Position numbers and translations under genes: made by a program
Shown: in pieces, positions 16,249 through 29,548 of the stretch
How positions within the stretch are numbered: the first letter of the stretch is position 1
Layout of the letters: every line of letters begins with the position of its first letter
DNA from: Chrysomallon squamiferum
Taxonomy: Eukaryota; Animalia; Mollusca
Assembly: GCA_012295275.1 (NCBI GenBank)
Contig: CM022669.1
Location: 9,610,001-9,674,000, forward strand
DNA length: 64,000 nucleotides
Direction of reading: 5' to 3'
Notes under the pieces: generated by a model
Databases searched by the model: none
The model's input: only the letters and a program-made list of their open reading frames with translations
Told to the model about the DNA's origin: nothing

Positions 16249-19200
16249 ATGGACTTTTCGGGGAACTTAAATCGAATTCTCAAAAGTAAGTTTATAATGA
16301 AAACTGTCTGATATAGTGTTTAAATTAGAAGAAAAATAATAAATGATGTTACAGATTATTCATAAATTTTATTGAGATATTTTATGTACGGGTTATAACT
16401 TTATAAACCTATTTATATGTATATGTAGTACTGTTATCAGGTAGTATGCAGATAAAAGTACAGTCTACATTTCTGAGAATTGTACTTATTAAACTAACGC
16501 AATAGTTACTTGAGTTACACTCCACTTTACTGTTTACATTAAAACATTTCCAGCACGGTATAACTATTAACTATAATACACAATTCCATTCTTATTTCTA
16601 TCACCACTTTTTCTACATTCTGTAACAATTCTTCTGTTATAACGAATCCATGTGTTGAAATATTTTTTATGGAATTAATTTTTGGAGATCCTACCAACTT
16701 AACAGTAAAGTTGAAAACAACCAGTTTGAAGTATTTACATGCAGAAATTCATGTCACTGAAGCTTCTTTCCCATTCTGTAGAAATGAATGTAAATACTGG
16801 AACATTTTACAATGAATAAAGACATCTCACACAAACACTAAGCTGTAGCCACATTATACAAGTTACTGCAGTGTGCACTGATTTAACAATACATCCTAAC
16901 CACCTTGTGCTATTTTTTGTCAGTGTGCATGTATTTAAATTGCTAAATATGTGTGATGTTTTAAAAGATATTCATAGAGTAGGTGTTTGGTGTGTGTGCA
17001 TATATATATATATACAGGTATTTACGACTCAAAATATAATAATAATAATAATAATAATAAAATAATAATAATAATAAAAATCTATTTTCCAGGTATTCAG
17101 GACTTGAAGACAATTGGTGCTCGCTATAGACCAGGATCTGTGCTGGAATCAGTGTAGGAATATTTTTTGTGCTGTATTGTGTAATGTTTTATTGGTAATT
17201 TCATGTATCATAACAAATAATTTTGATCCTTTTTATTTACCACCCCACCCAACCCAACCCCAAACATTTAATTGAATTCTAAATATAAAAAATCATATAC
17301 ATTGTTCATTCATTTTCATTTTTGATATAATTTTTGATAGTGAGTCAAAACAAAAAAAATAATTGTGTGATATTTGAAAAACTTGCTTTGTTTTCATTCA
17401 TATAAAGATTAAATTACAGGAATATATGATCTATCTTCTTTTCTTCAGATTATCAGCTCTTATTTCTACATAATTTATGACTTATACATATCTATCATAA
17501 TAAAGTTTATAAAACACAATTTACAGATTGAAATAATTATAATCTAGGTTGGCAATTCTTAAAATAAAATGTAAGAATTTTGAATTTATAAGATTTTCCT
17601 TTTGCAGTTTTACTATTTTGAGGACAGTTTTCAGTATCAGAATGTATTTTGACAGATAGGATTTCTGATATTCTCTTAATTCAAATAAGAAGTCTGTAGT
17701 GGGAAAAAATAAGATATTGAACCTACACCTTCACAGTTGTCAACTGTAAACTTCCACCTGCTTTTATATTCATGTTCTATGTTTCATTAAACCCACCCAT
17801 AAAACAGACTTAAGAAGTATGAGATGCAGTCTGTAATTGATGCAGTAGAGAAATGTAGAGAAAATCTTAATGTAACAGTATAGTTTTCTCTCTGAACATT
17901 TGTTTTCTTTTTTGTATTTAGTTTTTATTTGTTTACAAAATCATTCTGCTACTTTTAACTCGGATCTTAAAGTTAATCTGGACAGTATGACTATAAGTGA
18001 ATTTTTAATAGGAGTGTTTTAATGTGTCAAAAGCCAGTTGTACACTCTTAATAACTCATTGTAATTTGATTTAATTTTGTGATAATTTGTTGTTTCTTGA
18101 CAGTTGTTATTGATGTGCAGATCATTTTCTTGAGAGTGATACCTTTCTACCTTCGTGGGAAGTGCTTGTTGGAATTTTATCTTCACCCTTCTCACAAGGC
18201 ATCTTATGTGATGTAGGAATGTAAGCATCTATTGTTGTATATATACATATTAGTACTTACAAACTCTTTAGATTAATATCAACTGTTATATTAAGCAAGC
18301 ATTCACAAATAAAATGTAGAAAGATAATGTTTACAAATGTAATGTATTAAGAAATGTTTACAAATTTAATGTTGTATTTAGAAAATGTTTACAAAAGTAA
18401 TGTATTACGAAAATGTTTACAAATGTTATTTTGTTTACTGTTATGTTTACTTTTACTTCAGGCCTTTGATGCACAAAAATGCAGCATACAACTGTTGAAG
18501 AATCTTCAACAAGTATGTATATTTAACATTAATTTAACATTACATACAACTGTCAGATATTCTTCTTCAACAAGTATGTATTTAACATTAATTTAACATT
18601 ACATACAACTGTCTGATATTCTTTAACAAGTATGTATATTTAACATTAATTTAACATTACATACAACTGTCACATAGTTGATAATTTGTGTTGATAGTCT
18701 GTGTTAGTATAAATACACGACTAACTGACATGTGGATAATCTACGTTTATATAAGTTATGTTATTGTTATTTTTTATTTTGATTTTTTACAGAACTGTGT
18801 GGCAACTACCATAGGAACTGTGATATGTTATACCCAGTTAAGAAGCAAAGATTGCAAATTTGTCCATAATTACATTATAAATACCTAGATTATATGTCAA
18901 AATGTTGATTGTACAAAATAATTTATATTTTATGATCATAGTGTAAAAACATTGTGTTTCTTAGCCTGTCACACCTGTCAGTAGATTTCTAATACAGTCA
19001 GGTTTTCAGTAGGAGATGATTAAGTTAAAATATCAGTGACAATAATTTCTGTATCCTAGTAGACACTCTGACAGTGATAGTGTGTTGATCTGATGGGTCA
19101 GTTTACCTCAGTGCTACTGTTGTAAACATAATCTGTGTGTCTATGATATCTCCCCAGAAATATCTGTATTTGTTATTTATTTAACAAAGACACACACCTA

Positions 19201-19525
19201 GTTTGGTCATCATAAATGCTTGTTTTTGCAGAGTGTTCTAGCATTTGTAAGTTTATTTTAAATACTTGTATGTATCAGGATTTAGCAATTGATTTAACAA
19301 GGCCTCAGACATTGAATCATTTTATTTATTTATTTTATAACGAAAATAATTTTGTCTGTCTAAAAGAAAAACAATAAAAGAATATTTAAAAAATAATAAT
19401 TTCAGCTGCAGTGCTGGTGTATTGGGTTTGTTTTGTTCTCATGAAACGTAGAATTTTCAGTAAAGTTCTTAGTTTTATAATACATATGGAAGTTTTGTTA
19501 AACATTATGACTGGCTAGGAATAAA
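16249..19525 (+). ncRNA. Candidate multi-exon non-coding or small-ORF transcript (possible snoRNA-host type)
   Basis: Chain of good plus-strand splice sites: donor 16286 (gtaagt), exons 17093-~17153, 18462-18512, 18793-?, 19232-19246 (gtaagt) and 19406- with AATAAA at 19520. Only a 33-aa ORF can be spliced. The introns contain hairpins. Confidence 0.35.
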
Positions 19526-20037
19526 CTGAAAGCACTAAAATCATACATTATCTGCCCAGTACAACACATTAAAAAAGATGTTAGTACTCTAGTATAGTTA
19601 AAAAACATAAAACTCATTAGAAAATAATGAATATTCACATATATTAACATGTAGTAATGAACATCATAGTTTGCTGTTTAACCAAATGAGATCAAATAAG
19701 TTTGATACAATATGTTTCAGTCGGATAGTTTTTACAAACCTTGTGCTGACTTTGTTTACGTTGCACTGAATCATCGGCTGTAATCACAGCTTTAAGTTTT
19801 CTGACCTTATTCTTAAAGATGAAGGAAAAGAGTATTTTAGATTTATTTTTTTTTGGTTTTATAAAAGTCAGAACCAAATAGAACAATATACAGTGTAACA
19901 ACATTTTATTATTACAGTTGTATCAGAAGCTTGTCATTGAACCTGGACTTAGATAATTTCATTATTTATTACATGTGATAGATAATGAATAGATTTACAT
20001 AGTTCATATGTGTGGATACAAAGTGTTAACATGATGT

Positions 20038-21738
20038 CTAACCCAAAAGACAATCTAGAAAGTTCGTACACTTGGGTTTGCTGGTAGGTGCAGCAGTGGG
20101 GACAAATGCATTAGTGAGAGAAAACTCTAGATGTTGACAAGCAATCATCTCTCCTGTCTCCGTGTCCTTAAGACGAATATCAGCCTTATAGTCCCCCTGA
20201 AATAGCACAAGTTTTAGTAATCAGCAGAGAGAAATGTGTATGTGTGCCTGCATGTTTGTTTTTGTGTGTGTGTGGGGGTGTTATGAACAACTTACTTTAG
20301 CTAAAGAGTTCCAGAAGCCCTTAAGTTGAGGTATGTGGAATATTTCAGGCTTGAGAGTGTAAACACGAGGCAGGAATGGACAGACACACGGAATGTCATG
20401 AGCTTTCAAAGCCTCACTGCATCCAACTGTCTCGTTATAGTGACTGTCCAGAAGTTCACACAGGTCAGGGTAGGTACTGAAGACAAAACAAACATCAAAA
20501 ATTGTTAATTGTATCTTCTCGATAAGAAAACAAAACAAAACAAAAAGTTTTTATATTGTTTATTTTATATACATATATATATCTAATAATTATGAACTTT
20601 CTTCCTTGGAAAAACTAAATTGGTTAAATACACTCTGAAATGGTTCCAGGTATTTTTTACAAATAAAACACCAAGAAAAAAAAAAAAAAATTAGAAGAAA
20701 AAAAAATCATGTTAATTGTTGTGGACACTGACACACTGTATAGCACTAACAGTGTAAAGAAACAGTGGAAATATAAAACTATGATTATGATAAAATTATA
20801 TTTACCAGGAACCAATGTTTTTTTTTATACAACTATAATTATGATAAAATGATATTTACCAAGAACCTATGTTTTTTATACAACTATAATTATGATAAAA
20901 TTATATTTACCATGAACCTATGTTTTTTATACAACTATAATTATGATAAAATTATATTTACCAAGAACCAATGTTTTTTATACATTGGTATAATTATGAT
21001 AAAATTATGTTTACCAAGAACCAATGTTTTTTTTTTGTACAACTATAATTATGATAAAATTATATTTATCAAGAACCTATGTTTTTTATACAACTATAAT
21101 TATGATAAAATTATGTTTACCAAGAACCAATGTTTTTTATACATTGGTATAATTATGATAAAATTATGTTTACCAAGAGCCAATGTTTTTTTATACAACT
21201 ATAATTATGATAAAATTATATTTACCAAGAACCAATGGTTTTTTTTTGTACAACTATAATTATGATAAAATTATATTGACCATGAACCTGTTTTTTATAC
21301 AACTATAATTATGATAAAATTATATGCAACTAACAATAATTATGATAAAATTATATTTACCAAAAACCAATGTTTTTTATACATTGGTATAATTATGATA
21401 AAATTATGTTTACCAAGAGCCAATGTTTTTTTATACAACTATAATTATGATAGAATTATCTTTACCATGAGCCAATGTTTTTTATGCATGGAACAGACAG
21501 CCAGAAAAAGCCCAGGTATCGTTGTAAATTGAGCTCCATTGAAATGTTTCCACTGATGGGCTTAGTGACCCGAATGTATCCCCACACAGTTTCATTGCCG
21601 GGTATCTCTATAGGGTCTGGTTTAATGTGGGCTTCTGGGATACTCAGAACCTCTGTACTTGGGTTTTCTGCTGCATTACAAAACAGACACATACACCAGA
21701 CAAGCTTGAAAAGAAGCACAATACTGAAAATCACACAA

Positions 21739-21772
<34 letters not shown>

Positions 21773-21914
21773 AAACAGCTGTAAAATGAAATTAAGTATC
21801 AGTTTTGTTACCACAGTCTGACGGATGAAATCTTAAAGAACGCTTCTCTGCAACTATGACAACAGCTACAAGCAGAAGACACACCGAGGTAGAGATATTA
21901 CTTCTGAAAGCCAT
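20038..21914 (-). CDS. GM2 ganglioside activator-like ML-domain protein, copy 1 (215 aa, 4 exons)
   Basis: Exons 21914-21812, 21670-21466, 20476-20296 and 20196-20038 (648 nt, phases 1,2,0). Signal peptide, PDPIEIPG, W..VPCIKNIGSCTYPDLC, IPCVCPF and GDYKADIRL...IAC give the 8-Cys GM2-AP pattern. C-terminal tail CTNFLDCLLG. Confidence 0.93.
20775..21490. repeat. ~50-bp minisatellite in intron 2 of GM2-AP copy 1, derived from the exon 2 end plus donor
   Basis: Unit caactataattatgataaaattatatttaccaagaaccaatgttttttata. The last unit overlaps the coding end of exon 2 (ttaccatgagccaatgttttttatgc). Confidence 0.92.
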
Positions 21915-22345
21915 GATGAAGTGTCATGATCTAGTTCCCAGTTTGTGTCACACACCTGTACAATTCACACACTATAACACGAGCATAACTGATTAAACTC
22001 ATATCTTCTGAAATAGAAAATAACCAGCATGTAAAATAGTATTTAACATTAATTCTAATAAAAATATAAGAACTCATTTGTATATGAAAAATAATTAAAT
22101 ATGCTGTAATGATAATAATACTTTTGAAATCGCAATGAAAAATAAATTTTATAATTATCTGCAAGAAATTCAGAAGAGCAAACAACCGAAGTTAATAACA
22201 ACAAATAACAAAAATAAAATAAGATAATGTAAATGAATGAATAAATAAATAAATAATTATAGAGAATAATTATCAGAATTACTGGAGGAAAAAAAAAGGA
22301 CAAAAGGGGGACAGTGGTTCCACACTAGTTTCCTTTTGAAAAAGT

Positions 22346-22810
22346 GTTGATACTGCAGACACAGTTGACTAGACTAGATATTACAAGTTGATACTGCAGA
22401 CACAGTTTTAGACTAGATATTAGAAGAAGATACTGCAGACACAGTTGACTAGACTAGATATTACAAGTTGATACTGCAGACACAGTTGACTAGACTAGAT
22501 ATTACAAGTAGATACTGCAGACACAGTTTTAGACTAGATATTAGAAGAAGATACTGCATACACAGTTGACTAGACTAGATATTACAAGTAGATACTGCAG
22601 ACACAGTTGACTAGACCAAATATTACAAGTAGATACTGCAGAAAGTTGACTAGACTAGATATTACAAGTTGATACTGCAGGCACAGTTGACTAGACTAAA
22701 TATTACAAGTTGATACTGCAAACACAGTTGACTAGATATTACGAGCAGATAATGCAGACAGTTAACGACTAGACTTACGGTTGGATACTGCAGATAGCTG
22801 ACTAGACTAG
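22346..22810. repeat. 41-bp tandem minisatellite
   Basis: About 11 copies of gttgatactgcagacacagttgactagactagatattacaa. A degenerate inverted homolog lies at ~38155-38290. Confidence 0.92.
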
Positions 22811-22815
22811 AATTC

Positions 22816-24011
22816 GAACAGAAAAAAAAACGTTCTAGTAACGACCTGATAAATTAGTACATGTTGAAAGTTGTCAGATGTCAACATCAAATAGTGACCT
22901 GTGCGAACTGGATAATCCTCATGACGTTGATGACGTCACTGAGAAATACAAACTGAAACATGCTTAGTTTTCTAAGCATACTGCTCTGTCAGAATAGGTT
23001 AGTGAAGTGATCTTGCCCTGCAGGTGAGCTGATCTCAGTCATTTGACCCCACCCCACTCAGCCTACCCTACCGTGTTTGTGGTTTCAAGTATGTCGTTTA
23101 ATATTTCTTTACACAGGTCTTTTCGTTCTGAACGAAATGCATTTTATTACATCCTAAAGTATTTTAATGTATTTTGGTGAGGTGCTAGCTGAGAACTAAG
23201 CAAAGGATGAATGTGGAAAAAATTAAACAGTGCTAAAATCTTGAAATCTGTGCATTTTCATGTTTCTGTGTATTAACTTGTCAGACATCAGCTTGCAAGA
23301 TCAGGATTTTCTTAAAACGGTTTGATTTTATTGGGAAGAATAGAAGAACATTTGTTAGAATGAAGATAGAAACATAATTTCATTTATGGCTTTCTTTTTC
23401 TAATACAAAAAAAAAAAAAGAAAAAAAAAGAAAAAAGATGATGATAATGATGATGATAATAATAATAATAATAATAACAACTATTGTTTCAAGATTAAAT
23501 TGTGGGTGCCAGCATCTTTGGTGAACACAGCGGTCACAAAACAGGATAATAAACTTGGCCTTGCTTTGATAAGTTTTTGGCAGCGACATAATGGTAAGAT
23601 ACTTTTCTCCCTTGTTTTTATACCATCATTAATTAGAAATCAGTTGACTGATTCAGCATTTTAATTTAGGTTTCCCAAAAAGCAGTAAATATTTCAATTG
23701 TTTTTATTTTCTCATTTACGATTACTAAATATATTTGGAACTTGATAAATAAGTTGTATACTCTTGTCGATGAGTTATGTATCTAGTTAATGTATCATAC
23801 CATCACAGTGGTGAATTACTGTTTCAGTTTGAATTAACTGATCCCTGTCATAGTTTTTCAAACGTCTGTAACACTTAGACGTGATAACACGCATCTTAGG
23901 CAATGACACCGTTTATGTGTACGTATGTATGTATATACATCACTGTGTTTCTGTGAGTATGTGTATCATTGTATCTTTCTGTATGTGTATGTATGTATGT
24001 ATATCACTGTA

Positions 24012-24068
<57 letters not shown>

Positions 24069-26943
24069 TATGCAGGCCTGGATTAAAGCAAGCTGATATT
24101 CTAAGAACATGACAACAGTGATGCCCACTCTGTGAGACTTCATTGTTGATCTAACAAGACGTTCAGGCTCACACCATACACCAGACCACTTCAGTCGAAC
24201 AGAAATAGTTTTTATTAATATGCTATAACAGGCAGATGAGAGAAAAATAAATAGTCTAATTTTCATTTAAAGATGACTTTTCATACGTATAATAATAATA
24301 AATGCTCTAGTGCCTACAGTGATAGTAATAATAGCAACAGCAGCAGAAAACACAGCAGCAGCACCAGTACCAGTAGTAGTAGTCGTAATTGTAGTACGAG
24401 GAATTGTAGTGTTAGTAACACAGTAGATTTAGTAGGGGCACATACACGTTTATTAGAAATTTCTGCACACAGAAGAGACTGGTTATTTAATTAACGTGAA
24501 TAAACACTTTGGCTTCTATGCACATCCTCTCAACGTGTCCGTGGTGTTTGTCGTTCAGTTTGATTGTCACACGGTATTCATGCTGAAGTGGAAAAATAGT
24601 TCATATACAGTACATCTGCCTTTTTCAGTAAGATGTGTATTGTTTTGTAGATAACTGTATTTAGAGTTTACAATGTACACAATAATAAGAGTATTTTTAC
24701 TGTTAAGAATGTCTAACGATAATAACAGTGTTTACAGTTTTCAACGTAGACAATAATAAAGGTATTTACAATTTACAGTTTCTAGCAAGAAGAACAATAT
24801 CTGTACTATTGACAACATCTAACAATCGATTGTGTTTTTAATTTAGTTAGACTTACTCTGTCCCTGAGGAATCCCTCAAACCCGTTAGTGACAGCATTCA
24901 CGTGGAATCTGGCTCTGGGCAGATGAAGAGCTTTTGGGTCGAAAGGACACGTGCAGTCAATTCCATGGGTGGACAGTTGTACTGGACACTGGCCGGACAG
25001 TTCGAATGTGTGCAGGTAGTTACACGGGTCTGTGTAGTGGCTACAATAAAACACATTCAGTTTAACTTGCTTTACTTTATCACTTTGATAAAATGATTCT
25101 AACATTGTCTCAAATTCTAAATACTGACCTGTACTCAGGTTCATCAGTTTGAAAATCCTGAAGGTTATCTGATTCTAGAATTTCATATTTGCTCAACTGT
25201 AACGATTTCACTGACATGTCTGTTATAGGTTAATTCAATTGTTGTTGTTGTTATTGTTGTTGTTTTCACTGTTTGAAAATATACACACTCTAAATTACTA
25301 CCTATTACACGAGAGTGTGTTAAGGTTCTCTATTCTACATGATTTTTACATGTCCAAGGCTCTTTCTGTGTTTCTAGGCTCAGTGCTTTACAGGTTTGGA
25401 CAGAGGATTTTTTTGAATAGTTAGAAATGGTTTGTACATTGACTTTTTAATTTTTTTGTTATTAATTTGTACACTATTGTTAGTAACCCTGCACTTACTG
25501 TAAAATGTTATTAATATATCTGTGTATGTGTTAGACACCAGTGTGTTACAAACCAATGCGTTATTTTAACGTTCTAAATAATCTTCAAGAAAGAAAGAAA
25601 TGTGTTACGTTTTAAAAAAAAGAAAATAGTGGAACGGGTTGTTGTAATGACCATCGTGTTAACGCTGTACAGAGGAAAATAGTATAAAGAAGGGTTCAAC
25701 TGACAATCATAAACGACCGAACGATTATTTAATAATATAAAAAAATAAATTAAAATAAAATAAAATAAAATAAAATAAAATAAAATAAAATAAAATAAAA
25801 TAAAATAAAATATAATTAATATTAACACATATTTAACATGTCGATGTTTATGGCAAACTTACCACGTTGTCGCGTTTATAATAAATTTACAGAGTGATAG
25901 TGTGTGAGTGAATGTCTACAATCAAATTGGTGTTTCCTCACGTGTTTGAATTTACAAAACAAACCTACCATGTTCCTACATTGTAGTGAGCACCACTGCA
26001 AGGAACCTTCACCCAGGTTCCAAGAAGATTTTTCTCAACTATTATATCCATAGAAACCTGGTTGCCTAGTTGATGCTTGATGTTGCCGTCCAGTGTGACA
26101 AACATGTCTCCAGGGAGAACAATGGGATTTGGTTCCAGGTCAAACTTTGTTACTTTCACCCAGTCATCGTCTGTGCCTGCAATGAAACCACATCACGAAG
26201 AAAGTTATTAAATTATTCCATGCGCTTATATATTTAGATGTTTGTTTGTACTCGTGTACCTGTATGTATTTGTATTTGTATGTGTACGTGATTTCAAAAT
26301 ACTGGTATCTTTAAAATGATTAAGTCAAATCTACTCTCCTCGGTTATAAATAACAAAACCTTAATACTATCACGTATTCTAAAATCTTATACTCAAAATA
26401 CCAATCTGAAATACTTTAGTGCATTCTAAATACCATTATGGAGTACACTAATGTTTTGTAAATACCAGTCAGATTCACTCCGAAGTATTCTTATATTTCA
26501 TCTCTGTTTAAAAATTTCCATTATAATCTAAAAACTGAACTAGTTTCCTTATGAGTTGTTATATTATGGTAATATCAAACTGACTCAGTCTGGAATAATT
26601 ATTTTTATGAATGTCAGTTCGAATTTGAAAGCTTAGAGCGGCTGTCCATTTTGTATTTATGATTTTCTTGCGCATATACTAAAAATTATGAAAGCTTGGA
26701 GCAGTTAATCATTTCCAGTTTCTAAGTTTTTCTGGCTAAACTAAGCTTACCACAGTCTCTCCATGAAATGTGGCCGGTGTGATGCCAGGTCTGGCCAAAG
26801 CTCAGAGTAAAGAACGAAACAAACAATAAAAGCAACATGGTGACTTGTGTTACCAGTCACAGAGATTTTTCTTATCTGTTTTCAGAGTGGTTGAGTCAAA
26901 GCATTTATATAGATAGTCTTCTGATAAAAATATGGAACAGTCC

Positions 26944-26990
<47 letters not shown>

Positions 26991-28140
26991 CAGATACACA
27001 CACGTATATACAGATACACATCCAGACATACCACATACACACAGAAGACAAACACACACCACACCTGACACATATACACACATACACGTACACACAAACC
27101 ACACACACATCACATACCTGCACACACACACACACACGTGCACGTTATCATACACACCACAAAACCATGCACACACTACATGTACACACCATACACAAAC
27201 ATCCACACCACACACACAAACACATACACTCGCATGCATTCAAAGATTGTATTATTTGAGGTAGATGACACCGTGTGATTTACTTTTATGGTGTCAGTTA
27301 TAAATATATACTGTATGACATATCAAATTATTTGTAATGTGTAATATATCATATTATATGTATTGTATGATACAACATATCTGTTGTATCGTATATCACA
27401 TATCATATTATCTGAATTATATTATCTTTATTGTATGACATATCATATTATATGTATTGTGTGATATATCATATCTGTGTTGTATAATATATCATATTAT
27501 CTCTGTTGTATATCATAATGTATGAATTATGTGATATATTACTTGTGTTGTATGATATATCATATTATCTGTTTTGTGTGATATATCATGTTTTGTTTTG
27601 TAAATACCTCTACATTTTTGTTTGTCAACATTTTTCTGTATTATTTTTTTTTACTTGCTTTTTATATACTGTCTGACGTGTATCACTGTTTACTTGTGAG
27701 GCAATCAGATGAATGATTAGCAATACCATAATAGAAATGTATCTATTACAGAGTTAAATTCTCAATATTTATTTTATTTGTTCTCTTTAAATGAAGAAAA
27801 TGGAAATTTAACATCTGCAAACAAGATACAGTTAAATCGTGTAAGCTCAACATGTGTTATTTGGCGTGTGGGAACTAACATAATGTTATCACTGGTTTCA
27901 TTAAATGGCTACAAACACGAACTTATTATTTTTTACATTAACAAAATAATACTGAAAACAAAAATAAAATAAGAAGTATGACCCTGCTTAATACACGACA
28001 CTTTCCTATATATATATATATACATACAATCAGAAATAATACACACATAGATACGTACACATACATTTATGCATACATACATACATACATACATACATAC
28101 ATACATACATACATACATACATACATAAATACATATATAC
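22816..28140 (-). repeat. Left arm of inverted segmental duplication
   Basis: Reverse complement of ~32250-37757 across exons, introns and flanks (e.g. acgacctgataaattagtac at 22841 vs gtactaatttatcaggtcgt ending 37734). The segment ~27550-27955 is absent from the right arm. Confidence 0.92.
24487..26838 (-). CDS. GM2 activator-like ML-domain protein, copy 2 (191 aa, His-rich)
   Basis: Exons 26838-26751, 26176-25969, 25040-24857 and 24582-24487 (576 nt, open frame). MLLLLFVSFFTLSFG signal, ISWRDCG, PNPIVLPGD, WVKVPC...VGTCHYTDPC, GIDCTCPF and RMC give 8 Cys. Confidence 0.93.
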
Positions 28141-28205
28141 AAATAACATATAACAATATATTTATAAATAATATGACATATATATATATATTTTTATATA
28201 TATAC

Positions 28206-28353
28206 GATTACGATTAGGTTTAGGTTTAGGTTTAGTTTTAGGGTTTGGGTTAGGGTTACATATTATATATATATATATAAAAATATGATATATCACACAA
28301 TACATATAATATGATATGTCATACAATAAAGATAATATAATTCAGATAAAAAA

Positions 28354-28386
<33 letters not shown>

Positions 28387-28444
28387 ATATGTAACCCTAA
28401 CCCAAACCCTAAAACTAAACCTAAACCTAAACCTAATCGTAATC
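28206..28444. repeat. Foldback inverted repeat of degenerate telomere-like sequence
   Basis: gattacgattaggtttagg...gggttagggttacatatta (28206-~28275) is the reverse complement of ~28372-28444. Confidence 0.85.
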
Positions 28445-28532
28445 CTAACCTAATGCTATTCTTAGTCCTGACCGTGATTTGCTATCTTAATATTCATGTT
28501 GAAAGTGTGTAAGCACAAACTAATAACTCTCT

Positions 28533-28628
<96 letters not shown>

Positions 28629-28916
28629 TTTTGTTTTGTACTTATTAATGATTTATGTGTGTCAGCTGGACAAACTGGGGTTTATTTTCGTCTTGATTTC
28701 GGTTCTCATTATGTTAATTACTATACAAATGGTTTACTGCACAAAACGTAAATATCTTTAGGCGTCCATTTTTGTAATGATACCTATATTCTAAAGCCGG
28801 ATTCTACCATTACTATTTTTGTAAATTAGGGATAGCTGTTACTTGGACTCGTCTTTGGAAACGTCTGATAACAAATAAATTAGACCAGAACACCGGGAAA
28901 GGAGCAAGTCGCTGAT

Positions 28917-28992
28917 ATGTTTGTTTTGGTTTTATGTGTTGTGTTTTCTCAGTCTCTGGCTGAAAATATCGTTTGGAAAAATTGTGGTAAAA

Positions 28993-29049
<57 letters not shown>

Positions 29050-29513
29050 GGTTTTTTTGGTGGGGGGCGTTCTTCATTTTATAAAGCTCTTTTTGTCAGA
29101 AGTAATCCAAATATAGTACTAGTACTTAGTTACAAAAACAAACAAACAAAGAATCACACAAACAAACAAATAAATAAATAAACAAATAAAAGGGAAAATA
29201 TAATAATGATATTATTCATGATATCATATAAATTTACTGCAGGTGCCAGACCATTAGCTTCCAGAAATCAGTTATTAAAAGGAAATTGACTTAATCTGTA
29301 TTAATATAGTTTTATTTTTCACTTTTCATATTTTAATTCATATTTTATGTTTGTATGGCTGACAGTCGGGCTGGGATTGAATGTAACTGGGATCAGACAT
29401 TACTCTTAATTTACTCAACTTTCTTTAGGTTAGTGAATATCACCCAGTGTTCTTTTCTATCACAAAGCATTTATAGTACGGAAATGAATCTTCATTTCTT
29501 CTTTTTATATATA

Positions 29514-29548
<35 letters not shown>

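Noticed and set aside
22346-22810. Regular 41-bp array (and the 38-bp array at 63523) as a CRISPR
   Set aside because: Head-to-tail units without unique spacers, no cas genes, and a eukaryotic context.
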